This document shows positions 45,205 through 59,324 of a stretch of 64,000 nucleotides of DNA, one piece after another. Each line of letters opens with the position of its first letter. Position 1 is the stretch's first letter. The notes under the pieces are model-generated. The model was not told the origin of the DNA and made no database searches. It was given only the letters and a program-made list of their open reading frames with translations. The DNA lies in NCBI GenBank assembly GCA_964016885.1, contig OZ024753.1:36890001-36954000 (forward strand), given 5' to 3'. The stretch comes from Eledone cirrhosa. Lineage: Eukaryota. The position numbers and the translations under genes are program-made.

Positions 45205-45361
45205 TATCCCAGGTTAAATCAGGGGCAACCACAGTAAGTAAGGTAATCAATACATAGTAGAGTATAAATATTTGACATAGAAATGGCTTCTACAGGACTA
45301 TAACTGTTCCATTCGCAAGAAATCATCAGGAATCTGCTTCCTAATGATTTCTCCCGAATGA

Positions 45362-45365
<4 letters not shown>
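45202..45365 (-). mobile_element. Family C mini-element with mutated hammerhead and fold-back
   Basis: rc GATTC-CTGATGA-TTTCTTGCGAAT-GGAA-CAG..CTG-TA-GAAGC. Confidence 0.7.
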
Positions 45366-45402
<37 letters not shown>

Positions 45403-45417
45403 TATATGTATATATAT

Positions 45418-46840
45418 GACCGCCTAACTAGCATGCAGCATGGCTTCCGCCCAGGAAGAAGCTGCCTTACACAGCTGCTACATCACTATGACTGGGTACT
45501 GAAACAACTGCTAGACAGCTCACATGTGGACTTTGCAAAGGCCTTTGACAAGGTCTTGACAAAGGCCTTTGACAAAGGCCTTTGACAAGGTCTTGACTTT
45601 GCAAAGGCCTTTGACAAGGTCGACCACGGAATGATATGTCACAAACTACACGGACTCAGGATAACTGGAAAAGTAGGTGAGTGGCTTCATGACTTCTTAA
45701 AGGACAGAAGCCAGACAGTCACAGCAAACGGGGCCCTCTCAAAGGAAACATCAATAACAAGTGGGGTGCCCCAAGGGACAGTCCTGGGACCACTACTGTT
45801 TTTGGTGGCTCTTTCAGACATGCCCTCTGTAGTACATACAACAACATCCCTCACTAGCTATGCTGATGACACTAAGGTAGCACAGGCAATCAAAAACCCG
45901 GCCTGACGCTGCCCTTTTACAACAAGATCTGGATGCCATATACAAATGGGCAGAAGAAAACAACATGCAGTTTAATGCTGGCAAATTCCAAGCCCTACAA
46001 TACAAAACTGCAAACACAAATACAGTACAACACAGCTACGCAAGACCAGGAGGGACGGATATCCCCATGTCAAAACGATAAGAGACCTGGGTATAGACAT
46101 GAGCGATGATGCATCTTTTTCCTCACACATCATGAAAGTGGCGACAATGTGCAGATGACTCACTGGCTGGATCTTGCGGACTTTCCGGACAAGAGATCGT
46201 GACACCTTGTTGAAACTATGGAGGACATTTGTCCTAAGCCGTCTGGACTATTGCTCCCAATTGGGGTCACCCCATAGTGTCAAACTAACCACAGAGCTTG
46301 AGGCAATCCAACGAAGCTACACCCAGCGGATTGCCACAATGAAGGAGATAGGCTACTGGGAGAGGCTAAAACAACTGAACCTCTACTCCTTGGAACGAAG
46401 ACGGGAGAGATACGCAGTGATCTACATGTGGAAAATCCTGGAGGGACTAGCACCAAACTTTGGCATTGGGAGCTGAACCAACTGTCGAACAGGACGTCAC
46501 TGTGTGGTGCCAAAGGTCCCGTCTTCCACATCTAGAATAAGGAGCAGATATTGCAATAGCCTGGGATTCAAGGGTCCTCAACTCTGCAACAAGCTGCCGA
46601 GGGATCTGAGAGATCTGCATGGTGTGCAGGTGGATGTCTTCAAGAAACATCTCAACACCTTGCTATCCAGGATCCCGGATGAGCCCACAGCAAGGGACAA
46701 GGGAAACCTAAGGGCAGCAGCAACAAACTCCTTCTTACACTAGTGGCCAACAAATACAGGCTGGAGATAAAATGTGTAACAACAAGGGCGGTGCCCCAGC
46801 ATGGACTCAGCCGGATGGCTGGAGCAGGTAAAAGAGTAAA
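45418..46840 (+). pseudogene. 5'-truncated, decayed CR1-clade LINE (RT and 3' UTR)
   Basis: QHGFRPGRSCLTQLL, DFAKAFDKVDH, GVPQGTVLGPLLF, YADDTK, RDLG, SRLDYCS, LYSLERRR; frameshifts and stops; AAAAGAGTAAAA tail. Confidence 0.9.
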
Positions 46841-46864
46841 ATATACATATGTATATATAAATAA

Positions 46865-46965
<101 letters not shown>

Positions 46966-46997
46966 TGAATAATATATGGATATATAAATAATATATG

Positions 46998-47032
<35 letters not shown>

Positions 47033-47193
47033 AGAATAATATATGTATATATATATATATGTATATATATATTGTATATATTATATTATATATATACATA
47101 TATGTAAATATATGTATATATAAATATATAATATATATATAGCTATATATGTATATATAAATATATATATATAACTATATATATATATATATA

Positions 47194-47320
<127 letters not shown>

Positions 47321-47334
47321 CTATATATATATAT

Positions 47335-47621
47335 CATATATTGAGTTAGAAGCTCAAAATAGTCTTTTACAATTAGCTCAAAGAAGGGAATCTTTGCGAG
47401 ACGTTTAATATAATTGGATATATGAGGGGATGAACCCAGATTTAGTATAAATGTGTTTCAATTACAAATGACCAAGTTAGCTAGGTTGAAAAAATACTAA
47501 TTTATATCAAGTCAGGCAAACCATATTGTTTTAAATTATTATTTTTTCAACCTACCTAATTTGGTCATTTGCAATTGGAACACATGTATACATATATCTG
47601 TGTTCAGCCCTCTCATATATG

Positions 47622-47625
<4 letters not shown>
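47335..47625. repeat. Locally duplicated segment (second copy 52822-53112)
   Basis: Highly similar ~290-bp sequence. Confidence 0.9.
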
Positions 47626-47692
<67 letters not shown>

Positions 47693-47700
47693 TTATATAT

Positions 47701-47754
<54 letters not shown>

Positions 47755-47935
47755 TATACATATTTATATATTATATATATATAAATATATATAAATATAT
47801 ATATATAAATATACATATAAATATATATATATGTATATATATATATATATGTATATATACATAAACGCATATATATATGTATATATATACATAAACATGT
47901 ATATATATATATATATATATATACATAAATAGGTG

Positions 47936-47967
<32 letters not shown>

Positions 47968-48029
47968 TACATATACATAGACATAAATATGTATATATAT
48001 ATATTCACATAAATATATAAATACATTAT

Positions 48030-48680
48030 ATCATATGTATGTTAAAATAATGATTTCTTTAATCAATAATAATGATTTCTTTATTAAAATAATAGAACAA
48101 AATTACTTCAGCAGCGCCTGCTCGATATTAAACCTCTCACCTCGTTACGAAAGAAAGAATACCCCTACAAACAATAGAATTTACAGAAAACTTTATATAT
48201 TTAAAGTATTAAACCTTTAAATTTATTTATTTAATTATAAATACGGAAAGTGCAGCGATAGAATATAAATAAAACTTCAAACTATTCATAATATTCGACA
48301 TTGTTTTGAAAATAATAGTGTAAAATTAACATTGACACCGGTTTCGGGATTTCACGTAATCCTTGACCTTTCGCTCCCATGGTAACTTGATGTTCAGATT
48401 CAAGAAAGGTGGGCAATAAATTAATTGTTTCATATTTATTTACTTATTTCAAACAAGGAAGAAGATGCCGAGAAAGAAATTTAAAAGATTTTCCGTCGTT
48501 AAAAAAAAATTCAGCCATTACCCCTCCCATGATGCAACAGTAGAGGTAAATATTTTGACGATTTAGCGACATCAGTTCCTCAAATTTTCCCGAGCCGAAT
48601 CTCAAGAACGATAACTGTGCTTTTACTTAATCGCAAAAATAGATGCAAAAAAGTTTCTGTAGGGCAATTTTGTATTGTAT
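48030..48680 (+). mobile_element. Unclassified ~620-bp repeat K (copies 50200-50790 -, 54200-54850 +, 56520-57115 -)
   Basis: Shared CTCGATATTAAACCTCTCAC..GACGATTTAGCGACATCAGTTCC..ATCTCAAGAACGATAAC. Confidence 0.8.
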
Positions 48681-48736
48681 GTATATATGAATATGTATCT
48701 CGTTAAGCGACTCTTTGCTTAAACTTTAATCTGTTC

Positions 48737-48805
<69 letters not shown>

Positions 48806-48982
48806 CAATTATTTAACTATATATAATTATTTAACACAAATGAGAAGGTGTGGCACTCCGTCAGTTGCGTCGATGAGAATTCGTGTTTTTATTACTAATG
48901 ATTAAATATGTTTTATATGAAGGAGATTAATCATTATTGTTGCGGTTCTCGTTAATTTTTGACATGTTACCTACGTATTGTA

Positions 48983-49035
<53 letters not shown>

Positions 49036-49099
49036 GTATATATATATACGTATGTATATATATATACGTATATATATATATATACGTATATATATATAC

Positions 49100-49144
<45 letters not shown>

Positions 49145-49216
49145 CATATTTATGTATATATATACATGTATATATATATATATACATGTATATATATATA
49201 TGCATATGTATATATA

Positions 49217-49248
<32 letters not shown>

Positions 49249-49380
49249 CATAATGTAGGAGGTGAGTTTTATTGTAGTACAGTAAAGCAATGCAGATATC
49301 GGATAAGAAGCACTCTACAGTTTGTGGGACTGGAGTATGCATAATATAAGATCAAAAGATGGTTAAAGGAGTTCCATATA

Positions 49381-49447
49381 TTTTATTATGCGCATTTCAA
49401 AAACAAACATCATCAAGCAATAATATTTGTGTTTTCATCAGATAAAA
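49381..49447 (-). ncRNA. Type-I hammerhead ribozyme
   Basis: Mirror of 49558-49624. Confidence 0.88.
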
Positions 49448-49557
49448 CAGGAGAACATGATATGAAGGCTAAAAAACACTTGTTGATAGTGCAGTTATGT
49501 TGATTTAAAACTGCACTATCAACAAGTGTTTTTTAGCCTTCATATCATGTTCTCCTG

Positions 49558-49624
49558 TTTTATCTGATGAAAACACAAATATTATTGCTTGATGATGTTT
49601 GTTTTTGAAATGCGCATAATAAAA
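49558..49624 (+). ncRNA. Type-I hammerhead ribozyme
   Basis: TTTTAT-CTGATGA-AAACACAAATATTATT..GATGATGTTTGTTTTT-GAAA-TGCGCA-TA-ATAAAA. Confidence 0.9.
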
Positions 49625-49745
49625 TATATGGAACTCCTTTAACCATCTTTTGATCTTATATTATATATACATATATATATTTATACATATATATGTATAT
49701 ATATGTATATATATACATGTATATATATACATGTATATATATATA

Positions 49746-49836
<91 letters not shown>

Positions 49837-50007
49837 CGCCAACCATTGTAGGTTCGTAATCTGACTGACATACAGACACACATGTAAATAAGGTAAGACC
49901 AAAAACATGTCGTGTCGTTCATGCCTTTCTTAGTGCTGTTAATCTAATTTTATTTCTTAGTAATAAAAACAGGAATTCTCGTCGTTGTAACCGACGGAGT
50001 GCCACTG

Positions 50008-50186
<179 letters not shown>

Positions 50187-51045
50187 ACAGATACATATAA
50201 ATATATGTTCATACATACATAAAAAAACTTTCCCTACTGAAACAATTTTGCACCCATTTTTGCGATTAAGTAAAATCAAAGTTATCGTTCTTGAGATTTC
50301 GGCTCGGGAAAATTTGGGGAACTGATGTCGCTAAATCGTCAATGTATTTACCTCCACTGTTGCATCATGGGAGGGGTAATGAGTGAATTTTTTTTTCAAC
50401 TACGGGACATCTTTTAATTTCTTTCCCGGCATCTTGTTCCTTGTTTGATATAAATATATATGAAACAATTAATTTATTCTCCCCCTCTCTTTAATCTGAA
50501 CATCAAATTTCCGTTGGAGCGACAGAGCAACGGTTACGTGAAATCCCGAAACCGGTGTCAATTTTAATTTTACTCTATTATTCCCAAAACAATGTCGAAT
50601 ATTATGAATAGTTTGAAGTTTTATTTATATTCTGTCGCTGCACTTTCCATATTTACAATTAAATAAATAAATTTAAAGTTTTAATATTTTAAATATATAA
50701 AGTTTTCTGTAAATTCTTTGGTAGCTTTATTTTTAGGGGTATTCTTTCTTTCGTAACGAGGTGAGAGGTTCAATATCGAGCGGGCGCTAAATGATATTAT
50801 GTATATATATATTAATGTGTATATATATTTATACATATTTATGCGTGTATGTATATATATATATAAATATATCAGTTATAAAAATATTTGCTTGTTGTAT
50901 CCCAACAATTTAAATAGAACTTTTGCATATATATATAAATATATATATATATATAGAGATTTATATATGTATAAATATATATAAGTATGTATGTATGTAT
51001 ATACATATGTATGTATATATATACGTATGTATGCATATATATACG

Positions 51046-51095
<50 letters not shown>

Positions 51096-51099
<4 letters not shown>

Positions 51100-51839
51100 T
51101 GTAATAAACAACATAAGATAATTATTTCATTTACCAGTGGTTTCTTGAAAGCATACAAATTTGCTTTGAGTACTGAAAGTAAATTTGTTTGCTTTCAAGA
51201 AACCACTGGTTAATGAAATAATTATCTTATGTTGTTTAAAAGGTATGACCCCGACGGCAGAGCTCAAGCCGTTTCGACGGCTATTTCTGTCCTTCGTTAT
51301 ATATTACGGGGTCGATAAAATAAAGTACCAGTAATGTACTGGGTAATTGCTGGCCTTGTGCCTAAAGTAGAAACAGTTATATATATATATGTTATATATA
51401 TAATATATATATATATATTATATATATATGTTAATATATATATATATATATATATATGTTTATATATATATATATATAAATGAATTCCGTCGGAAAGGTC
51501 CAGAAAAAAAGAGTGCTCTGTGTAGGTTACAGAGCTTATTAGATATGTAATAAACAACATAAGATAATTATTTCATTTACCAGTGGTTTCTTGAAAGAAA
51601 ACAAATTTACTTTCAGTGCCCAAAGCAAAATTGTTTGCTTTCAAGAAACCACTGGTAAATGAAATAATTATCTTATGTTATTTATTACATAACTAATAAG
51701 CTCTGTAACCTACATAGAGCACTCTTTTTTCCTGGACCTTTCCGACGGAATTCATTTATATATATGATATATATATATAACGAAGGACAGAAATAGCCAT
51801 CGAAATGGCTTGAGCTCTGCCGTCGGGGTCATACCTTTT

Positions 51840-51843
<4 letters not shown>
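51096..51843. mobile_element. Mosaic of fold-back family D copies, family A halves and a SINE fragment
   Basis: Palindromes centred ~51171 and ~51618; family A at 51241-51298 and inverted at 51779-51843; 51480-51540 is the rc of 51695-51756. Confidence 0.8.
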
Positions 51844-51909
<66 letters not shown>

Positions 51910-52018
51910 CTTATATAGATATATATATATAGGTAAGTTATTCCAGTTGAATCGGAGGTAACTACAATAAGTAAGATATTCAATACATAGCAGAGTATAA
52001 ATGTTTTAATATAGATGA

Positions 52019-52066
52019 GATTCTACAGGACTAGAACTGTTTCATTCTTGAGAAATCATCAGGAAA
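52019..52066 (-). ncRNA. Type-I hammerhead ribozyme (family C); mirror copy 52074-52122 (+) has A9U
   Basis: rc TTC-CTGATGA-TTTCTCAAGAAT-GAAA-CAG..CTG-TA-GAA. Confidence 0.72.
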
Positions 52067-52199
52067 TCATCAGGATTCCTGATGTTTTCTCAAGAATGAA
52101 ACAGTTATAGTCCTGTAGAATCTCATCTATATTAAAAGATATATATATATATATAAATAATATATGTATATATATATGTATGTATATATATATATATAG

Positions 52200-52230
<31 letters not shown>

Positions 52231-52467
52231 TTTTATATATTACATAAATACATATATATAAATATATGTATATATAAATATATAATATATATAATATATA
52301 TAATATATATATAGCTATATATGTATATATAAATATATATAACTATAACTATATATATATATATATAGGAACAAATATGACCCCGACGGCATAGCTCACT
52401 CTACTCCACTAAGTATTGAGTACATTGGTGCATTATGGTCCATCTGGTTCCTTACCACTATTCCTTC

Positions 52468-52806
52468 GGCACATGGCTTAGTGGTTAGAGCATTGGCCTT
52501 GCAATTGAAAGGTTGTGAGTTCAATTCTCAGACCGGGTGATGTGTTGTTTCCTTGAGCAAGACACTTTATTTCACATTGCTCCAGTTTATTCAGCTGTAG
52601 AAATGAGATGATAGGGACAGGGTTCCCTATCATTCCACTGCAAAGTGGTCGTGGAGGTGCCACGGCAAAAAAGCACCCAGCACTCACTGTAAATGAGGTT
52701 GGTGTTAGGAAGGGCATCCAACTGTAGAAATCAAGCCACAATCAGTTCCCGTCCCACCCTTGCAAGCAGGGAAAAGCGGACGTAAAATGAAATGAAAAAT
52801 GAAATG
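52468..52806 (+). mobile_element. Full tRNA-derived SINE of second family with RTE-like 3' tail
   Basis: TGGCTTAGTGGTTAGAGC A box, GAGTTCAATTC B box, CCTTGAGCAAGACACTT, tail GGAAAAGCGGACGTAAAATGA. Tail fragments also at ~40180-40215, 58810-58850 and 60670-60725. Confidence 0.82.
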
Positions 52807-53108
52807 ATATTTATATATATCATATATTGAGTTAGAAGCTCAAAATAGTCTTTTACAATTAGCTCAAAGAAGGGAATCTTTGCGAGACGTTTAATATAAT
52901 TGGATATATGAGGGGATGAACCCAAATTTAGTATAAATGTGTTTCAATTGCAAATGACCAAGTTACCTAGGTTGAAAAAATACTAATTTAAATCAAGTCA
53001 GGTAAACCATATTGTTTTAAATTAGTATTTTTTCAACCTACCTAATATGGTCATTTGCAATTGGAACACATGTATACTTATATTTGTGTTCAGCCCTCTC
53101 ATATATGC

Positions 53109-53189
<81 letters not shown>

Positions 53190-53190
53190 T

Positions 53191-53221
<31 letters not shown>

Positions 53222-53267
53222 TTATATATATAAATATACATATAAATATATATATGTATATATATAA

Positions 53268-53298
<31 letters not shown>

Positions 53299-53323
53299 TA
53301 TGTGTATATATATATGTATGTAT

Positions 53324-53362
<39 letters not shown>

Positions 53363-53648
53363 AACGCATATATATATGTATATATATACATAAACATGTA
53401 TATATATATATATACACATAAATAGGTGTATATATATATAGAGAGAGAGAGAGATACATATACATAGACATAAATATGTATATATATATATATATATAGT
53501 TATATACATATTTATATATATAGTTATATACATATAGTTATATACATATTTATATATTATATATATATATAAATATGTATATATATATTTATATATATAA
53601 ATATACATATAAATATATATATATTTATATATATAAATATACATATAA

Positions 53649-53713
<65 letters not shown>

Positions 53714-53957
53714 TATATATATATGTATATATGTATGTATATATAATTTGCCTTGGTTGCCCTTGAAATATATATAATAAAATAATTATGGTTTTATAAA
53801 TATAGTTTCCATTTATTAACATATTGAATTAACTCAACTAAGCAGTTGAGTGCTTTATATCAGTTATAAAATTGTTAAGCTTGTTGAATCCCAACAAATT
53901 AAATATAACCTCTGCATATATATATATGTATATATCCATAAACGCATATATATGTAT

Positions 53958-54015
<58 letters not shown>

Positions 54016-54078
54016 AACATGTATATATATATATATATCAATTATATATACATAAATATGTATATATATATATATATT

Positions 54079-54120
<42 letters not shown>

Positions 54121-54932
54121 CACACATAAATATGTATATATATATACACACAAATATGTATATATATATATACACATAAATATATAAATACATTATATCA
54201 TTTGTATGTTATGTTAAAATATTATTTCTTTATTCAATAATAATGATTTCTTTATTAAAATAATAGAACAAAATTACTTCTGCAGCGCCCGCTCGATATT
54301 AAACCTCTCACGTCGTTACGAAACAATGAATACCCATTACTCTTACCAACGAAGCTACCATAGAATTTACTGAATTTTTTTTATATTTAAAGTATTAAAA
54401 CCTTAAATTTATTTAGTTAATTATAAATACGGAAAGTGCAGCGATAGAATATAAATAAAACTTCAAAATAATCATAATATTCGACATTGTTTTGAGAATG
54501 GTAGTGTAAAATTAAAATTGACACCGGTTTAGGGATTTTACGTAATCCTTCAGCTCTCGCTCCCATGGTAACTTGATGTTCAGATTAAAGAGAGATGGGC
54601 AATAAATTAATTGTTTCATATTTATTGACTTATATCAAACACCAAACAAGATGCCGGAAAAGAAATTAAAAAATTTTCCGTGGTTAAAAAAATAAAATTA
54701 AGCCACTACTCCTCCCACGATGCAACAGTGGAGGTAAATACTTTGACGATTTAGCGACATCAGTTCCTCAAATTTCCCTGAGCCCGAAATCTCAAGAACG
54801 ATAACTCTGTTTTTACTTAATCGCAAAAATGGGTGCAAAAAAGTGTCAGTAGTATTTGAGGTTCTCGTTAATTTTTGATGTTACTTACGTAACTGTTTAC
54901 ACTCTTTACAAATTATCCATTGTTTGATGTGC

Positions 54933-54964
<32 letters not shown>

Positions 54965-55633
54965 GAAGATTTCATCTGAATGAAACAGTACTAGTCCTGT
55001 AGAAGCTCCTTCTATACAATAAATATATTTTACTCTGCCATGTATTGAGTACCTTACTTACTGTGGTTATCCTCGACTCAACCCGGGACCTACGTATATA
55101 TATATATATATATATATAGTGGTAGAACACTAGAAGGTAACATTCGTAGTGGTAGAGCACTCAGTCCATGGGTCGAGTTAGGTAGAAGTGGTTACACAAC
55201 AGTTAGTTCACCATACCGAGAACAATTATATATATTGAGTTTCAGAAGATCCCGTTAAGGGTGAAAGCAGCGATTCTTTGCTTAAACTTTAATCTGTTAT
55301 TTTAATATATATATATATAACGCCAACCATTGTAAGTTCGTAATCTGACTGACATACAGACACAGATGTGAATAAATCGCAATAGCTTCTAATATTACAC
55401 ACAGACAGACACACTCTAATATAGGAATGAGGTACTATTATAGGGCTCGGTCTCTCACACACAGACAGAAATGAAACTCGAGTTACAGGAAGGTAACTCT
55501 GGGTAGGTAGGTGGACACATTGTAAAAAAAACATGTGGGGTCGTTCATGCCTTTCTTCTTGTGGTTAGTCAAATTTTATTTCTTAGTAATAAAAACAGAA
55601 ATTCTCGTCGTCCTAACCGACGGAGTGCCACTG

Positions 55634-55664
<31 letters not shown>

Positions 55665-56004
55665 AACAGAGAAAGCTTTTAGCGATACTCCGATCAACTC
55701 CCATCTCACTATATATATATATATATTATGTAAGTAATTATATATATATATATATTATATATATATATATGCATTATATACATATTATTTATATATATAT
55801 ATATTACATAATAATATATATATATTACATTAAAAAAATATATAGAAATATATATATAATATATGCATAATAATAATATATATATATAATATATACATAA
55901 TAATAATATAAATATATATATACATAATAATAATATATATATAATATATACATAATTATATATATAATAATAATAATTATTATATATATATATATATATA
56001 TATA

Positions 56005-56050
56005 TAGGAACAAGTATGACCCCGACGGCAGAGCTCAAGCCGTTTCGACG

Positions 56051-56086
<36 letters not shown>

Positions 56087-56372
56087 TATATATATAAAGA
56101 GAAAGATTGCGACACTCCGTCGGTTCTGAGTTCAGAAATACCCGTCGAAACGGCTTGAGCTCTGCCGTCGGGGTCATACTTGTTCCTATATATATATATA
56201 ATTATTATTATATATATAATTATAATTATGTATATATTATATATATATATATTATTATTATCAAATCCCGCCAAGGTTGACTTTGCCTTTCATCCTTACG
56301 GGGTCGATAAAATAAAGTACCAGTAATGCACTAGGTATTTGCTGGCCTTGTGCCTAAAGTAGAAACAATTAT
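56005..56372. mobile_element. Family A inverted pair plus truncated SINE
   Basis: 56005-56055 is the rc of 56138-56188; SINE 3' half 56260-56372. Confidence 0.78.
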
Positions 56373-57480
56373 TATGTATATATTACAAATTACTTAACAT
56401 ATATTATATATATGTTAAGTAATTTGTGTTATTATATATTAGTATATTATAAGAACAGATTAAAGTTTAAGCAAAGAATCGCTGCTTTCAGCCTTAACAA
56501 GAGACACAAAGCTTGCACAACTGAAACTTATTTTTGCGCCCATTTTTGCGATTAAGTAAAAACAGAGTTATCGTTCTTGAGATTTGGGTTCAGGGAAATT
56601 TGAGGAACTGATGTCGCTAAATCGTCAAAGTATTTACCTCTACTGTTGCATCGTGGGAGGAGTAGTGGCTGAATTTTTTTTTTTAACCACGGAAAATTTT
56701 TTAATTTCTTTTCCGGCATCTTGTTTGGTGTTTGATATAAGTCAATAAATATGAAACAATTAATTTATTGCCCATCTCTCTTTAGTCTGAACATCAAGTT
56801 ACCATGGGAGCGAAAGGTCAAGGGTTACGTAAAATCCCTAAACCGGTGTCAATTTTAATTTTACACTATCATTCTCAAAACAATGTCGAATATTATGATT
56901 ATTTTGAAGTTTTATTTATCTTTTATCGCTGCACTTTCCGTATTTATAATTAAATAAATAAATTTAATGGTTTTAATACTTTAAATATATAAAACCTCCA
57001 AGTTTTCTGGTAGCTTCGTTGGTAGGATTAATGGGTCCTCATTCTTTCGTAACGAGGTGAGAGGTTCAATGTCGAGCTGGCGCTGCAGAAATAATTTTGT
57101 TTTATTATTTTAACATACAAATGATATAATATATATTATATATTTATGTATATATATATATACATATTTATGCGTGTGTATATATATATATATTGTTATA
57201 CTTTGGGAGGGTCATGCTACCAATAAAAACACATGCACCTGATCGTGGTTTTCACTTCAATTTATTATGAATTTCCAGTTGGTTGGTTCAATACCAGGAT
57301 GGTTGTTTATATATTCTCAAATCTCTTTCAACAAACATTCTATGAACTCAGTGATTGATTTGTTATTTTGTGTGTCTCCTTTGTTCAGTCCTACACGAAA
57401 TGGTGTAAGGCCGTTTGCTTGCGAACGAATCGAATATTATTATTATTATTCGATATAACCCATACTTACATTTATATATA

Positions 57481-57768
57481 TAGAATAAGGAGCAGATATT
57501 GCAATAGATTGGTGTTCGAAGGCCCTCAACTATTCAACAATCGACCAAGAAATTTGAGAGATCGGCATGGTGGGGACGTGATGTTGTCAAGAAACATCTT
57601 GACATTCTGCTATCCAGGCATGAATGTAACCTAAGGGCAGCAGCAACAAACTCCCTCTTACACCAATGGCCAACTAACACAGGCTGGAGATAGAACATGT
57701 TTGCAACAAGGGCAGTGCCGCAGCATGGCCTCAGTCAGATGGCTGGAACAGGTTAAAGAGTAAAAGAA
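57481..57768 (+). mobile_element. CR1 3'-end fragment
   Basis: Homologous to 46532-46840. Confidence 0.85.
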
Positions 57769-57965
57769 TATATATATATATAACGTCTTCTTTGTGTACT
57801 GAGTGTACATGAGAATCAGAGATAATGACATACTATGTACGACACATGAATCTTGCAGGAATTGTCTTCAATGATATTCACTCTTAAACTAAATTATAGA
57901 AACTTGATTCCAAATAACTTACATGACAGAAACCCATTTATTATTATCCTAAAACAACAGATTAA

Positions 57966-58004
<39 letters not shown>

Positions 58005-58109
58005 AATTTCCTGTTTGATTGCTCAAGTTTCAGAGTAATGGTCCACTTCATAAAATGATGGCCGGAAATGACTTTCGAAGAATGTATTAGAAATGCTTTT
58101 ACCTTCTAA

Positions 58110-58740
58110 CTCTCTATCTACCTATCTATCTGTATATCTATCTATCTATCTACCTGCTTTCCTATTTATTTATCTATGTTTCTACCTATCTATCTGTATA
58201 TCTATCTATCTATCTACCTGCTTTCCTATTTATTTATCTATGTTTCTACCTATCTATCTGTATATCTATCTATCTACCTGCTTTCCTATTTATTTATCTA
58301 TGTTTCTACCTATCTATCTGTATATCTATCTATCTACCTGCTTTCCTATTTATTTATCTATGTTTCTACCTATCTATCTGTATATCTATCTATCTATCTA
58401 CCTGCTTTCCTATTTATTTATCTATGTTTCTACCTATCTATCTGTATATCTATCTATCTACCTGCTTTCCTATTTATTTATCTATGTTTCTACCTATCTA
58501 TCTGTATATCTATCTATCTATCTACCTGCTTTCCTATTTATTTATCTGTGTTTCTACCTATCTATCTGTATATCTATCTATCTACCTGCTTTCCTATTTA
58601 TTTATCTGTGTTTCTACCTATCTATCTGTATATCTATCTATCTACCTGCTTTCCTATTTATTTATCTATGTTTCTATCTGTATGTCTATCTATATATCTA
58701 TCTACATACCTGCCTACCTATCTGTCTATCTATCTATCAA
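58110..58740. repeat. 60/64-bp TCTA-based minisatellite
   Basis: CTACCTGCTTTCCTATTTATTTATCTATGTTTCTACCTATCTATCTGTATATCTATCTAT repeated ~9 times. Confidence 0.92.
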
Positions 58741-58999
58741 TTTATATGTCTATCTATATTCTTTTGTACTTTTACTGGTTCCAGTAACTGGATTGTGGCC
58801 ATGCTAATATATCATCATCATCATCGTTTAACATCCATCTTCCATGCTTGCATATATATATATATATATGCATATAAATATATATATATATATATGTATG
58901 TATATATATGATATATGTTAATAGGGTGATGATTCGAACCTGGATATTTACCTTTACCTTGTGGCAGCTCTATTTACCATCCTGTGCAGCCAATGGACT

Positions 59000-59233
59000 T
59001 TTATATATATATATATATGCCTATATATATATATATGCCTATATATATATATATATATGCCTATATATATATATATATATATGCCTATATATATATATAT
59101 ATGCCTATATATATATATATATATATGCCTATATGTATATATATATATATGCCTATATGTATATATATATATGCCTATATGTATATATATATATGCCTAT
59201 ATATATATGCCTATATATATATATATATATATG

Positions 59234-59267
<34 letters not shown>

Positions 59268-59286
59268 TATATATATATATATATTA

Positions 59287-59324
<38 letters not shown>

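Larger units (their letters stand above)
49250..49664 (-). mobile_element. Perfect inverted-repeat Penelope-like mini-element, hammerhead in each arm, one-sided tail
   Basis: Arms ~49342-49496 / 49509-49663 appear identical; tail 49250-49341. Confidence 0.85.

Noticed and set aside
50540-50562. CCCGAAACCGGTG in repeat K as hammerhead half
   Set aside because: No CUGANGA, the cleavage site would be UG, and other K copies read CCTAAACCGG.
52468-52545. tRNA gene
   Set aside because: No acceptor stem or terminator; it is a SINE head, as are the other A/B-box hits.
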